Positions 9,800-18,981 of a stretch of 64,000 nucleotides of DNA are shown piece by piece. The position numbers and the translations under genes were made by a program. Under the pieces are notes generated by a model. The model saw nothing but the letters and a program-made list of their open reading frames with translations. It was not told where the DNA came from and ran no database searches. The stretch lies in contig JBDGRK010000018.1 in the NCBI GenBank assembly GCA_042218075.1, positions 32,001 to 96,000 of the forward strand, written 5' to 3'. Origin of the DNA: Candidatus Nanohaloarchaea archaeon. GTDB taxonomy: Archaea; Nanohalarchaeota; Nanosalinia; Nanosalinales; Nanosalinaceae. Each line of letters starts with the position of its first letter. The stretch's first letter is position 1.

Positions 9800-11461
9800 C
9801 TAGTCTTTCTTTTCGGTTTTCAGATAATTCTCCAATTTATACACATTTAGTTCGAATCCGGAAACCGGCTGTTCAAGTTCCCAGTCTTCAAGCACTTCCC
9901 CGGATAATTCACCTATTATACCTATCCTCTCTCCTCTACATCTGATCTCGCCCTGTCTTCCCTGCCTGAAACAGTCTTTCCCAACATCTCTTACCTCCAG
10001 CTGAATACCTAAATCCCTTTCCAGAACCTGTAGAACTTCTCTAGCGTCTGTGAAATCTGCATCTCCATGAGATTCGACGTAGGCAAGTTTCCTACAGTTT
10101 CTCACACCGGTGTATGATGATTCTGAGGGTATTGAGACATCATCAACCTCAAAGAACTTCTGCGGGTAACTTCTATGCTTATTTCTCTTCAGCACATTCA
10201 TCATGCTTGGTAACAGCCAGTTCCTCACAACAGTGTAATCCTCGGTTAATGCATTGCTCATCTCGGCAACCTCTTTTTCTTCGACATTCATTCTCTTGAA
10301 AAGTTTCTCTTTGTTCGAGAGTATGTAAGTATTTGTCTCAAGTGCACCTGTTCCCTGAAGTACATCCCTCAAAATATTGCTGAAATCGCTTAATTGGTTT
10401 TCTTCAGCAGTCTGATCAACCTCAGGCAGTTCAGGCTGAATATTATCATACCTGTGCGCGATAACTATATCCTCTATCAGGTCATACTGATGCATTATGT
10501 CGGTCCTGTAAGCCGGTACCTCAACCTTTATCTCATCACCCGCTTCCGCACCGAACTTCATCTGCTTCAGTCTATCCATCATCTCCGATCTGGAAAGTTC
10601 AAGCCCTGAAATTCTATTGGCATATTCGGGATCGATCTTCCATTCCCCTGGGGAAAGCTCCGGCATTTTTTCACCATCTAATTCAACTGACTCGATAACT
10701 CCTCCCCGCTCTTCCAGAGCAGTGACCAGAATGTTAAGCGCCTTTACAACCGATTTCCTATCATTCCCGGTAACATCTATGAAAATCTCACTCGTCCCTG
10801 TATCTACTTCGGTCAGCTGGTTGTTTATTATGGGGGGAAAACTAAGCACCTTGCCCTCCGAATCCTCGATAATTGGATATCTATCATTATCCTCCAGTAT
10901 CCAGGAGTACTTTATCCCTTTCTCGTGCTCGCTCAGGATTTCACCCAGCTGCATATGGCTGTCGTATTCCAGCGGTTTGAAGCTGACCTTTTCGGGCTCG
11001 ACCGCCCTGTAGGTGAAAGGAGGTTCTAAAACTGAGAGATCGTGAAGCCCAATAGCGAGTTTCTCCCTTCTTCTTCCTATCGTCTCGTGCAGCTTTTCCT
11101 GCATCTGGATGAGTCCGTTTATCATCCTGTCTGAAAGTTCTAAATTCCTGACAACAGCCCCGGCTATAACCGGCCTTACTTCATCTACCGATTCATGGAT
11201 ATCTACAGATATATCGCCTCTTTTCACATTGTAACCCTCTATACCTGTATCAACGCCAAAGAATCCTCTGTAGGCTCTTGCCAGACCTTCAACCGATAGA
11301 AGATCTGGCCTGTTTGGATATACTTCTACATCCCATTTTTCACCTTCTACATGGTTCCAGTGGACTCCCAGAAAAGAAGCCTCCTCGTCCAGTCGCTGTT
11401 CCTCTATTTTTTGTCCAACCAGTTCATCGAATTCTCTCTTGTTGATCTTGATGTGCGCCAT
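9800..11461 (-). CDS. pheT: Phenylalanyl-tRNA synthetase beta subunit
   Basis: PNRPDLLSVEGLARA, QEKLH, VLSFPPIIN, VPAYRTDIMH. Confidence 0.96.
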   Translation of the reverse strand: MAHIKINKREFDELVGQKIEEQRLDEEASFLGVHWNHVEGEKWDVEVYPNRPDLLSVEGLARAYRGFFGVDTGIEGYNVKRGDISVDIHESVDEVRPVIAGAVVRNLELSDRMINGLIQMQEKLHETIGRRREKLAIGLHDLSVLEPPFTYRAVEPEKVSFKPLEYDSHMQLGEILSEHEKGIKYSWILEDNDRYPIIEDSEGKVLSFPPIINNQLTEVDTGTSEIFIDVTGNDRKSVVKALNILVTALEERGGVIESVELDGEKMPELSPGEWKIDPEYANRISGLELSRSEMMDRLKQMKFGAEAGDEIKVEVPAYRTDIMHQYDLIEDIVIAHRYDNIQPELPEVDQTAEENQLSDFSNILRDVLQGTGALETNTYILSNKEKLFKRMNVEEKEVAEMSNALTEDYTVVRNWLLPSMMNVLKRNKHRSYPQKFFEVDDVSIPSESSYTGVRNCRKLAYVESHGDADFTDAREVLQVLERDLGIQLEVRDVGKDCFRQGRQGEIRCRGERIGIIGELSGEVLEDWELEQPVSGFELNVYKLENYLKTEKKD

Positions 11462-11472
11462 TCACAATCACC

Positions 11473-12852
11473 TCAGAGATTCGGCCTCCAGACCGACGTG
11501 TTTTCCAGTAGTTCGATATCATTCCTGTAGAGTTCCCTGACATCTTCAAGACCGGCTGATCTCATCGCAATCCTTGGAATTCCAAGTCCCCAAGCCAATA
11601 CCGTAGCCTCGAATCCTAACATGGGTTTTACCACCTCAGGCCGGAACATGCCTGATCCGCCGAGACCTATCCATTCCTTTTCCTGGGAATCCCAGACCTG
11701 GACTTCCACGCTCATCTCGGTGTAGGGGTAATAGCTGGGGATAAGCCTGAATTGATCGTATCCCATCTTTTCAAAGAACTGGCTCAAATAGGCCTTAAGA
11801 TTCACGAAGTTTAGATCTTCTCCCACCACAATACCATCCGACTGGTAGAACTCAGCATTATGATAACGATCAATAGTTTCATTCCTGAAAACTCTTGAAG
11901 TAGTGAAGAACTTGGCCGGAAGATCTTTCTTCTCAAGTTCCGCAAGTTTCTGCGCCGAGACACCTGTAGTATGAGTCCTTAAAACATTTCTTGAAGCCTC
12001 CTTCTCCGACCAATCATATTCCCATCCAGAGCTTCCGGTCTCCCAGCCGTTCTCATGAGTTTGCTTTACTCTTTCAACGTAGTCTCCCTGCTCTGACAGA
12101 TCTGATTTCTCAGGCTTTTTCATAAAGAATGTGTCCTGCAACTCTCTTGCCGGGTGATCCTGCGGTATGTAGAGCGAATCAAAGCACCAGAAGCCCGGCT
12201 GAATGAAGGATCCTTCCATTTCTTTGAATCCCATTTCCCTCCATGTTTTGTTTGCATATTCTATTATCTGCTTGTAGAAGTGCTTCTTTCCCGTCCTGGG
12301 CGTCTTAGTCCTCGCCTCAACGTTGAAATCTTCTTCTATCTCATCCGGTTCTATCTCGTCTCCTCTCTCCGAAAGCAGAAGCTCTCTCCTGGTGGCTTTC
12401 TCAACCTCAACTAGCCCTCTTTCCTGAATCTCTTCATCAAATTCTCCTTCCTCCAGCCTCTGCCGGGTAACATCTTCAGCATCTTCACCTGGTTCAGTCA
12501 GGTAAACTTCTCCTTGGTCGACTTCCACCCAATTCTTCTCACGGGCCTTCCCGAGCGCAACGTCCAGTTCGAGATTTTCAAGCTCCGAGAGTTGTTTCTC
12601 GCCTCTGCTGACCCTCTCCACCAGCCTGTACTCCGGCGACCCTTCTTCAACTATCTCCTCTCCCTCACCTGTTAGTTCGTAGCCGATAACCTCTTCTTCC
12701 TCGACTTCTACAAGATCTTTCTCCTCCAGTTCTAAAGCCGCCCTGTTAACCATGCTCTGGTCGTATCCCATTGCTTCAAGGTCCTCTACCGTAAGTTCGG
12801 AGTGATCCTTGAGCTCTTCCAGGATCTGGATGGCCTGGGAGGAAAGCCTCAT
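11473..12852 (-). CDS. pheS: Phenylalanyl-tRNA synthetase alpha subunit
   Basis: PQDHPARELQDTF, LRTHTT, FRNETID, GMFRPE; ATG 12852 follows SD GGAGGTG. Confidence 0.96.
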   Translation of the reverse strand: MRLSSQAIQILEELKDHSELTVEDLEAMGYDQSMVNRAALELEEKDLVEVEEEEVIGYELTGEGEEIVEEGSPEYRLVERVSRGEKQLSELENLELDVALGKAREKNWVEVDQGEVYLTEPGEDAEDVTRQRLEEGEFDEEIQERGLVEVEKATRRELLLSERGDEIEPDEIEEDFNVEARTKTPRTGKKHFYKQIIEYANKTWREMGFKEMEGSFIQPGFWCFDSLYIPQDHPARELQDTFFMKKPEKSDLSEQGDYVERVKQTHENGWETGSSGWEYDWSEKEASRNVLRTHTTGVSAQKLAELEKKDLPAKFFTTSRVFRNETIDRYHNAEFYQSDGIVVGEDLNFVNLKAYLSQFFEKMGYDQFRLIPSYYPYTEMSVEVQVWDSQEKEWIGLGGSGMFRPEVVKPMLGFEATVLAWGLGIPRIAMRSAGLEDVRELYRNDIELLENTSVWRPNL

Positions 12853-12972
12853 GCGTGCACACCTCCGGAGTGAAGCTTTAATAACCCGGCCTGTATCCAA
12901 AAATCTATAGCTGAGTCCGAATAGAAATTTTCAATACTCGAAAAAACGTCCACCCTTCAAAGACAGACTCAT
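12849..12972 (-). promoter_or_regulatory. pheS leader: uORF MSLSLKGGRFFEY* with candidate +1 shift site CGT-TTT-TTC
   Basis: uORF 12972-12931; +1 frame open 30 codons to a TGA overlapping the pheS ATG; TATA-like CTTAAG at 12995-13000. Confidence 0.7.
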
Positions 12973-13010
12973 GAAATACTTATGAAAACAAAAACTTAAG
13001 TAGATTGGCT

Positions 13011-13772
13011 CTATGCAGTCTCGATTACCGCCGCAAGTAGTATAAGGCCTAGACCCAGGGACACCAGCTTTAGATAGTCGATCCAGGTGTCTCTCTCGAA
13101 GTGCTTTCTGTAGACCGCTGCGGAGATCAGAGATCCTGAAACACCCGCAACTATGAACCCTAACATCTCAAGTGTAGCATGTGGGATATAAACCACGGAA
13201 TGGGCTGCAGACAGTTTCTTGGCTAAGAATCCCATGAATGTTCCTAGAACCGATGCGTTCCATACAAGTATGAAGGCTCCTGAAGAGCTTATTACGGCTG
13301 AAACAACGAGGATTATTCCAAAGACCAGTAAATTATTGATCAAAACCGATAGAAAAGCTGAAGGCGATGCTGCAGACCCGGTCACGACTGCCTGGATACT
13401 TGAACCTCCAATAGTAGAAACTCCTAGCGACTCTAACTGGGCTGCATACTGTGAGACCTGTATTGAAAGGTTCTCCGGCGAAACCAGTATCGCTAGAAGG
13501 AAGAAAGCCGCTACCTCACCCAGGAACAGCGAGCCGTATATCCTGATCTCCTCAAAATGAGGTCTGCCATCCTCCCTTTCATCCTCCAGGAAAGTTCTGG
13601 TGAGGGGATAAAGGAGAGGAATAGATGCGAAAACTACAGCGAGAATCGATACATCCGAGGGAAAAGCAACGGTCGCGGCAATGTATCCCAACAGTCCGGA
13701 TGAAAGTCCGAGCAGTGCCAGCAAAATGTAATTGTCCTGCTTTCCCTCCCTGTAGATCAGCTCCGGAAGCAT
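13011..13772 (-). CDS. SpoIIM/DUF95-family membrane protein
   Basis: Multi-TM; INN, WNASVLG, PHATLE and AAVIE motifs. Confidence 0.8.
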   Translation of the reverse strand: MLPELIYREGKQDNYILLALLGLSSGLLGYIAATVAFPSDVSILAVVFASIPLLYPLTRTFLEDEREDGRPHFEEIRIYGSLFLGEVAAFFLLAILVSPENLSIQVSQYAAQLESLGVSTIGGSSIQAVVTGSAASPSAFLSVLINNLLVFGIILVVSAVISSSGAFILVWNASVLGTFMGFLAKKLSAAHSVVYIPHATLEMLGFIVAGVSGSLISAAVYRKHFERDTWIDYLKLVSLGLGLILLAAVIETA

Positions 13773-13850
13773 GTACAGGTTATAAATTGCTAATTTAAAG
13801 GAGTTCAGACCAGAGTATTTTTATGTTTTAAATCCAATACATTATAACAC

Positions 13851-14165
13851 GTGATCGGAATGGGAAGCACTCTCACCGCCAGAGTATCGGACGAGTTGAA
13901 CGAAGCCCTCGACAAGATCAGCGAAAAGGAAAAACTTGAGAAGAGCGCTGTAGCCAGGAGATTTCTGGAGAAGGCGGTTAAAGATTACCGTATGGATAGA
14001 GCACTTGAAGAGTACAGTGGAGGAGAAGCAACACTTAGAAAGGCGGCTGATACAGCTGGCGTCAGCCTGTGGGAGTTCATGGAGAGAGTGAAGCAGGAGG
14101 GAATCAAGCTTAACTACACGGAAAGAGACCTGGAAGAAGACTTGCAGGCTGTAAAGAATGAATAA
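13851..14165 (+). CDS. UPF0175-family putative antitoxin
   Basis: RHH-like N-terminus, ATLRKAADTAGVSLWEF; overlaps PIN gene. Confidence 0.8.
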   Translation: MIGMGSTLTARVSDELNEALDKISEKEKLEKSAVARRFLEKAVKDYRMDRALEEYSGGEATLRKAADTAGVSLWEFMERVKQEGIKLNYTERDLEEDLQAVKNE

Positions 14166-14673
14166 AGCTGTAGCCGATGCCACGGTGCTGATCTACCTCG
14201 CGAAGTTGGACAGGCTAGAAGTTCTGCTGGACGAATTTGAGAGAATACTTGTGCCGGAAAAGGTGGAGGAAGAAGTTATTGATGGAGGCAGAAAGGCAGG
14301 GAGGGAAGACTACCTGAAGATAGACAGCTTCATGGAAAATGACGAAGTGGAGCTAAATGAAGCAGAAATACCTGAAAAGGCGGAAAGACTTGGTATGGAG
14401 CCGGGAGAGAGATCTGTCCTGTCTCTGGCCCTGAATATGGATGTGAATGTCGTACTCGTTGATGAAAGCAGTGTCAGGGAGGCGGCTAAAAGTCTTGATC
14501 TAGAGCCCAGGGGCACCCTATACCTTCTGCTGAAACTGGTTAGAAGAGGAGAGATAGATTTCGAGGGTTTCCTGGATATCATGGACAGGCTAACCGAATC
14601 AGGTTTTTACCTGGATGAAAGAGTTTACTCGAAAGCAGTGAGAGAAGCCAGCAAACTGGACTCTACAACATGA
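14158..14673 (+). CDS. DUF3368-like PIN-domain protein (putative toxin)
   Basis: VADATVLIYL, GERSVLSLA, VLVDE, PRGTL. Confidence 0.8.
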   Translation: MNKAVADATVLIYLAKLDRLEVLLDEFERILVPEKVEEEVIDGGRKAGREDYLKIDSFMENDEVELNEAEIPEKAERLGMEPGERSVLSLALNMDVNVVLVDESSVREAAKSLDLEPRGTLYLLLKLVRRGEIDFEGFLDIMDRLTESGFYLDERVYSKAVREASKLDSTT

Positions 14674-14674
14674 T

Positions 14675-15778
14675 TTAAACCGAAAACTCCAGCTCTTCCT
14701 CCACGTACTGCTCGACTCTCGGCGCTTTTTCTTCTCTTTTCTGCTGGTGTTCATTCAGGAACTCCTCCATTTTCTGCCTGGCGATCTGCTTGAGTTCACC
14801 GGAAAGCATTTTCCCGCTCGAGTACTCCTGCTTGATTCTCTGGAGCTCTGAATCATCCTCTACCAGGTGGAATGTCAGAAGCTCGAAAACCATATCTTCA
14901 GATAGATCGGCTCCCTTTTTCCTGTGTTCTTCAACGGAATCCTGTCCCCCGGTCTTTGCTTCATCGATCTTCTGCTTCGCCTCCTCGATCGAATCCGTGA
15001 GCGCGATATAGCTCTTTGGGTCGCTGCTCGACATCTTGCCTCCCTGAAGGCCTCTCATGAACTTGTTGTAGGTGGAGGAAGGCTTCACGAAATCCTGCCT
15101 TCTGTACTTCGATGCGACCTCCCTTGTCAGCCTGATATGCGGATCCTGGTCCAGACCGACCGGAACAACTGTAGGTTTCGGACCTCCGTTCTCCGGGAAC
15201 TGTGGCCTCAGGATGTCAGCATACTGCGTGAGGGCCGAGGCTATCTTGCCGGGTTCCGCGTTTCCGTATGTTGCCTCCATTTCATTCTGCGTCAGGTGCT
15301 TGGCAAACATTTTGGATCTCGCAAGGTGGTCGTTTCCAGCCTGGCTCTGGAAGTAGAAATCCACGCTCTCAATATCAATCCCCAGAGCCGCATAATTCTT
15401 CAGGTACTGCTCCACCACCATCTCTCTCGCCTCTTCAAACGATATGTCTCGAGTATTATAGGATTCAATGTCCGCCGCCGCGATCGTGACCTCTGCACCC
15501 ATCTGCTGGTACATCTTGATCTGGTCGACCACGCACTTGTGGCCGAAGTGGAAGATTCCGGAGGGCATTATACCGGTGATCATCGCAAAGTCCTCTCCAT
15601 CCTCTTTCGCATCGAGAAGCACATCCAGGTCCCGGTGGCCGAAGACAATATTCCTCCTGATGAACCTGTGGTCCGGCATCCGGTCCTCTACTTCCTCTAT
15701 AGGCTCGATACCAAACTTCTCCATCTTCTCTCGATAGTTTCCAATCTCAACATCTCCCCAAGGATCGATCTCAGGCAT
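14675..15778 (-). CDS. trpS: Tryptophanyl-tRNA synthetase
   Basis: TGIMPSGIFHFGH, VPVGLDQDPH, KMSSS. Confidence 0.96.
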   Translation of the reverse strand: MPEIDPWGDVEIGNYREKMEKFGIEPIEEVEDRMPDHRFIRRNIVFGHRDLDVLLDAKEDGEDFAMITGIMPSGIFHFGHKCVVDQIKMYQQMGAEVTIAAADIESYNTRDISFEEAREMVVEQYLKNYAALGIDIESVDFYFQSQAGNDHLARSKMFAKHLTQNEMEATYGNAEPGKIASALTQYADILRPQFPENGGPKPTVVPVGLDQDPHIRLTREVASKYRRQDFVKPSSTYNKFMRGLQGGKMSSSDPKSYIALTDSIEEAKQKIDEAKTGGQDSVEEHRKKGADLSEDMVFELLTFHLVEDDSELQRIKQEYSSGKMLSGELKQIARQKMEEFLNEHQQKREEKAPRVEQYVEEELEFSV

Positions 15779-15782
15779 TTTG

Positions 15783-16880
15783 TCAACCTCTTACTTCGAT
15801 TTTCTTCTCTGTAAACTTTTCAAGCTTCTTATGATTGATTTTTGACTCAAATTCTGGATTTGAAGGTATCTCGATATGGCCATTCTTCATCTCTGGCTTA
15901 TCCATAATAGTTTCTCTGAAGTATCTCGACTGCGGAGCTATATCCGAAGGATGTGCAACCTGGCTCATGCTTGCAGCAGCTAATTGGTACATGGCGCCGA
16001 TACCTGATTCAACCAAGCCCCCTATCCATAGATCAATATCTTTCTCTTCGCATATGGAGTTTATCTCCTTCGAGGCTTGAATGCCTCCTACTCTCTGAGG
16101 CTTCAGATTGATTATACTACAGGCATCAAGCTTAGAAGCTCTTCTTACATCCTCAGGACTTCTTATACTTTCATCCAGACAGATAGGAGTATCTAAATCC
16201 TGAGAAAGAATGGAGTGATTCACGATATCTCTGTGGCCGAGAGGCTGTTCAATCATCTGAAGATTAAACTCGTCAAATTTCTGAATCCTCTCTCTATCTT
16301 CAAGATTGTAGTTCGAGTTCGCATCCACCATCAGATCATAGTCAGGAAATTCGTCCCTCACAGCTTTGACATACTTGACATCGTTACCAGACCTGATTTT
16401 TATTTTAGCCCTAGAATACCCCTTTTTCCTGTATTTTCGAACCTTATCAACGAGTTGTTCAGGATTTTCCTGTATTCCTATACTTACACCACATTCAGCT
16501 CTTTCTTCCTCTCCTTCAAACAGTTCAGAGAGATTTTTCTCTTCCTCGATCATTTTCCTGTTATGAAGAAGCATTTCACCTGCAGACTTAGCCATCAGAT
16601 TGCCTTTATACCCGGAAATTGATTCTCGATATTCCTCTATAGATTCAGCATTTCTTATAGCAGGTATAGCGAATCTTTCCATAAACTCAATTACAGCTTC
16701 CGTATATTCATGGTTATAGAGAGGAGCGAACTGAGCAGAAGCCTCACCATAGTAAAATCTCTCATCGTCAAAACACATCAAAATCACTACTTCTCTGTTC
16801 CTAATCTCTCCAAAACCAGTCTCAAAAGGATTCTTCAAGGGAAGCTGGACCTTTCTAATCTCGAATTTCTCAAAATCCAT
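15783..16880 (-). CDS. OSBS/N-succinylamino acid racemase (enolase superfamily)
   Basis: PFETGFG, KIK, DANS, EQPL, LDES, NLKPQRVGG. Confidence 0.85.
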   Translation of the reverse strand: MDFEKFEIRKVQLPLKNPFETGFGEIRNREVVILMCFDDERFYYGEASAQFAPLYNHEYTEAVIEFMERFAIPAIRNAESIEEYRESISGYKGNLMAKSAGEMLLHNRKMIEEEKNLSELFEGEEERAECGVSIGIQENPEQLVDKVRKYRKKGYSRAKIKIRSGNDVKYVKAVRDEFPDYDLMVDANSNYNLEDRERIQKFDEFNLQMIEQPLGHRDIVNHSILSQDLDTPICLDESIRSPEDVRRASKLDACSIINLKPQRVGGIQASKEINSICEEKDIDLWIGGLVESGIGAMYQLAAASMSQVAHPSDIAPQSRYFRETIMDKPEMKNGHIEIPSNPEFESKINHKKLEKFTEKKIEVRG

Positions 16881-17931
16881 CAGAGACCTCCTCCAAGAAG
16901 GTTTGCAAGATTTTACAGTACTGTTCCATACTCTCTATCTCAACGTATTCATTCTCGCCGTGGAGATCGTATCCTTCAGGGCCGAAACAGACCGCAGGTA
17001 TTCCTCTCTCCGTGAAGAACCTCATGTCACTGGCAAAGTTTTCTCTTCTGAAACCTGCTTGACCTGAAACCTCTTCAGCAGAGCTCCTCAGACCCTGTAC
17101 AAAGACATTATCTTCATCCGCCTCCATCATCGGAGCTTCTTTCAGGATCTCTGTATCAATTCCTTCTATACCTTCAATGTCCTCCAATACCTGATCTCTC
17201 GGATATTGATTTGAGAAACGTATATCGAGCTGTACAGACGCCTTATTCGGAATTTTGTTTACAGGACCTTCTGAAGAAATTTTTCCAAGGTTGATAGTGG
17301 TTGAAAAATTTTTTTCGTGGTCGAAGTTTTCCCTGATTTCCTGGTATTTTTCCAAAAGTTTTTCTGCCGCGTTTTCACCTTTCTCCGGTTTTGATGAGTG
17401 CGCTGATTTTCCTTCAGTCGAGATTTCCAGCTGTAGCACTCCCTTCTGCCTGGTTACTATGGAGGGAAAGCTTCCTGAATCATCAGGCTCACCGGATACA
17501 ACGAACTCGGGCTCGAGATCGGCCTCATCGATCACATAGCCTGTGCCGTTAAATCCTCCTCTCTCCTCATCTGAGGTCAAGAGAAGTGCGACATCTTCAT
17601 CCTCTAACCCCTCCAAAACTTTCATCATGCAGGCCACGCCCGACTTCATGTCAGCAGCACCTCTCCCATAGATTCTGCCGTTTTCTACCTCTGGTTCGAA
17701 AATTTCGTCTTCTGCTCCGATCACATCAAGGTGGCCATGAAGAAGTATCCGGGGGTTTTCACCCCTTGAGATCAGAACAGATTTCTCATCATTTTTCTCG
17801 AATCGCTGAAAATCTAGCCCGGAATCAAGCTGTCCTTCTATGTAGTTCAGACAGTTTCCGAGTTCCTGAGCGTTTCCTTCAACGGTTTTGAACCGGATAA
17901 GATCTTTCGTGGTTTCCTCAACGGTTTTCAT
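16870..17931 (-). CDS. M20 metallo-amidohydrolase (ArgE/DapE family)
   Basis: HGHLDV, YGRGAADMK, DEE, GEP, C-terminal HGENE. Confidence 0.9.
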   Translation of the reverse strand: MKTVEETTKDLIRFKTVEGNAQELGNCLNYIEGQLDSGLDFQRFEKNDEKSVLISRGENPRILLHGHLDVIGAEDEIFEPEVENGRIYGRGAADMKSGVACMMKVLEGLEDEDVALLLTSDEERGGFNGTGYVIDEADLEPEFVVSGEPDDSGSFPSIVTRQKGVLQLEISTEGKSAHSSKPEKGENAAEKLLEKYQEIRENFDHEKNFSTTINLGKISSEGPVNKIPNKASVQLDIRFSNQYPRDQVLEDIEGIEGIDTEILKEAPMMEADEDNVFVQGLRSSAEEVSGQAGFRRENFASDMRFFTERGIPAVCFGPEGYDLHGENEYVEIESMEQYCKILQTFLEEVSDGF

Positions 17932-18705
17932 GCTACTCTCTCACCGTTTTCCCGGAACTCGTAGTCTGAGGCTCGGGCTGCTTTTGCTAGGCTTTGTGCA
18001 GCATCTACTTCGGAAACTTCTCCTGCCACTACTATTGCATCTCCATCTTCGAAGGACATATCTAGGCCTTCTTCTCCATACATGAATTCTTCAAATTTAT
18101 CGTTGGGAGGAACTTCCGAGTACATACCTCCGTCGTATATATCCGCGTAGGCTTCCCTCATTACTGCTCCATCCATTTCCTTGCTTGGATTAATCTCATT
18201 TCCCAAAGCCTGAATTTCCTCCATAATTTCATCGTCTTCTCTTTCAGGATGCGGGTAAAACTCGAAACAGTTGTCGGCGCACTGGACCATATCGGGATTC
18301 TGAGTCCTGTAACCTACCAATTCCTCTCCATCAGCCAACTCCATTACTCCCCTACTCAGCAGTGTGCTTCCTACACATCTGCCCTGTAAATGATCACTTA
18401 CGGCTAGTCCCTCCTCATAGATCGCATCAGCCTTCTTGGAGACACCTGAAAAGGCCACATACTCGCCGCTCTCATCCTTCGCAGTGATTAAGAGAGGAAC
18501 ACGCAGATGAGCCTCGGCATCCTCTTCAGTAGGAACACCTTCCTTGGAGAAAGCATCCTGCGCCACATCAACAAGCTGGGACTCAGCCTCAGGATTCTCA
18601 TCCAGAAAACTTTCAGGATTTTGATAAACCTCTATCTCAAGGCTGTTTCCAAAAGCGTCCACCCTTCGGGGCTTCCGCTGTACCGTAGTCTTCTTGTGCT
18701 TTCAT
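17928..18705 (-). CDS. GNAT-like acyltransferase, probably expressed via a +1 frameshift near 18652
   Basis: LAVSDHLQGRCVGSTLL acetyl-CoA motif; ATG 18705 frame (MKAQEDYGTAEAPKGGRFWKQP*) joins the main ORF by +1 at TTT-TGG; GTG 18662 is the alternative start. Confidence 0.65.
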
Positions 18706-18803
18706 AATCAAATCACGTAACCAAACATAGTCACAAAAACCTTAAAAAGGTTCTCAGATGGTAAAAGAAAAATTGGTTATAGCTGAGTCTATTTCAGCGT
18801 AAA

Positions 18804-18951
18804 TTAAAAGTTTAGATTCAGTCTTGGATCCAGAAAAATCTTGAGAACTAAATACCATGAGAAATTCTTGATGGAAGAAATTCGGACGTAACTACGACTG
18901 ATTAAATCAATAGATACAGCGGGTCCAAAAACATCCACCTTTCAGCCGCAT
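18804..18951 (-). promoter_or_regulatory. Upstream Trp leader: uORF MRLKGGCFWTRCIY* with shift motif TGT-TTT-TGG
   Basis: uORF 18951-18907 after TATA-like TTTTTAAG (18973-18980); +1 frame open 40 codons to TAA at 18804. Confidence 0.6.
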
Positions 18952-18981
18952 ATTAAATATTCCAAGAGAAAGCTTAAAAAT

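Noticed and set aside
12940-12960. T-box riboswitch reading of the AGGGTGG motif
   Set aside because: No stem I or antiterminator is visible, the leader is short, and the cognate codon follows the motif in frame with a uORF.
14924-15814. 296-aa plus-strand ORF and similar long antisense ORFs
   Set aside because: Shadows of well-supported genes on the opposite strand.
15783-16880. menC of menaquinone synthesis
   Set aside because: No men genes nearby; GNAT and M20 neighbours favour the racemase role, so no symbol was given.
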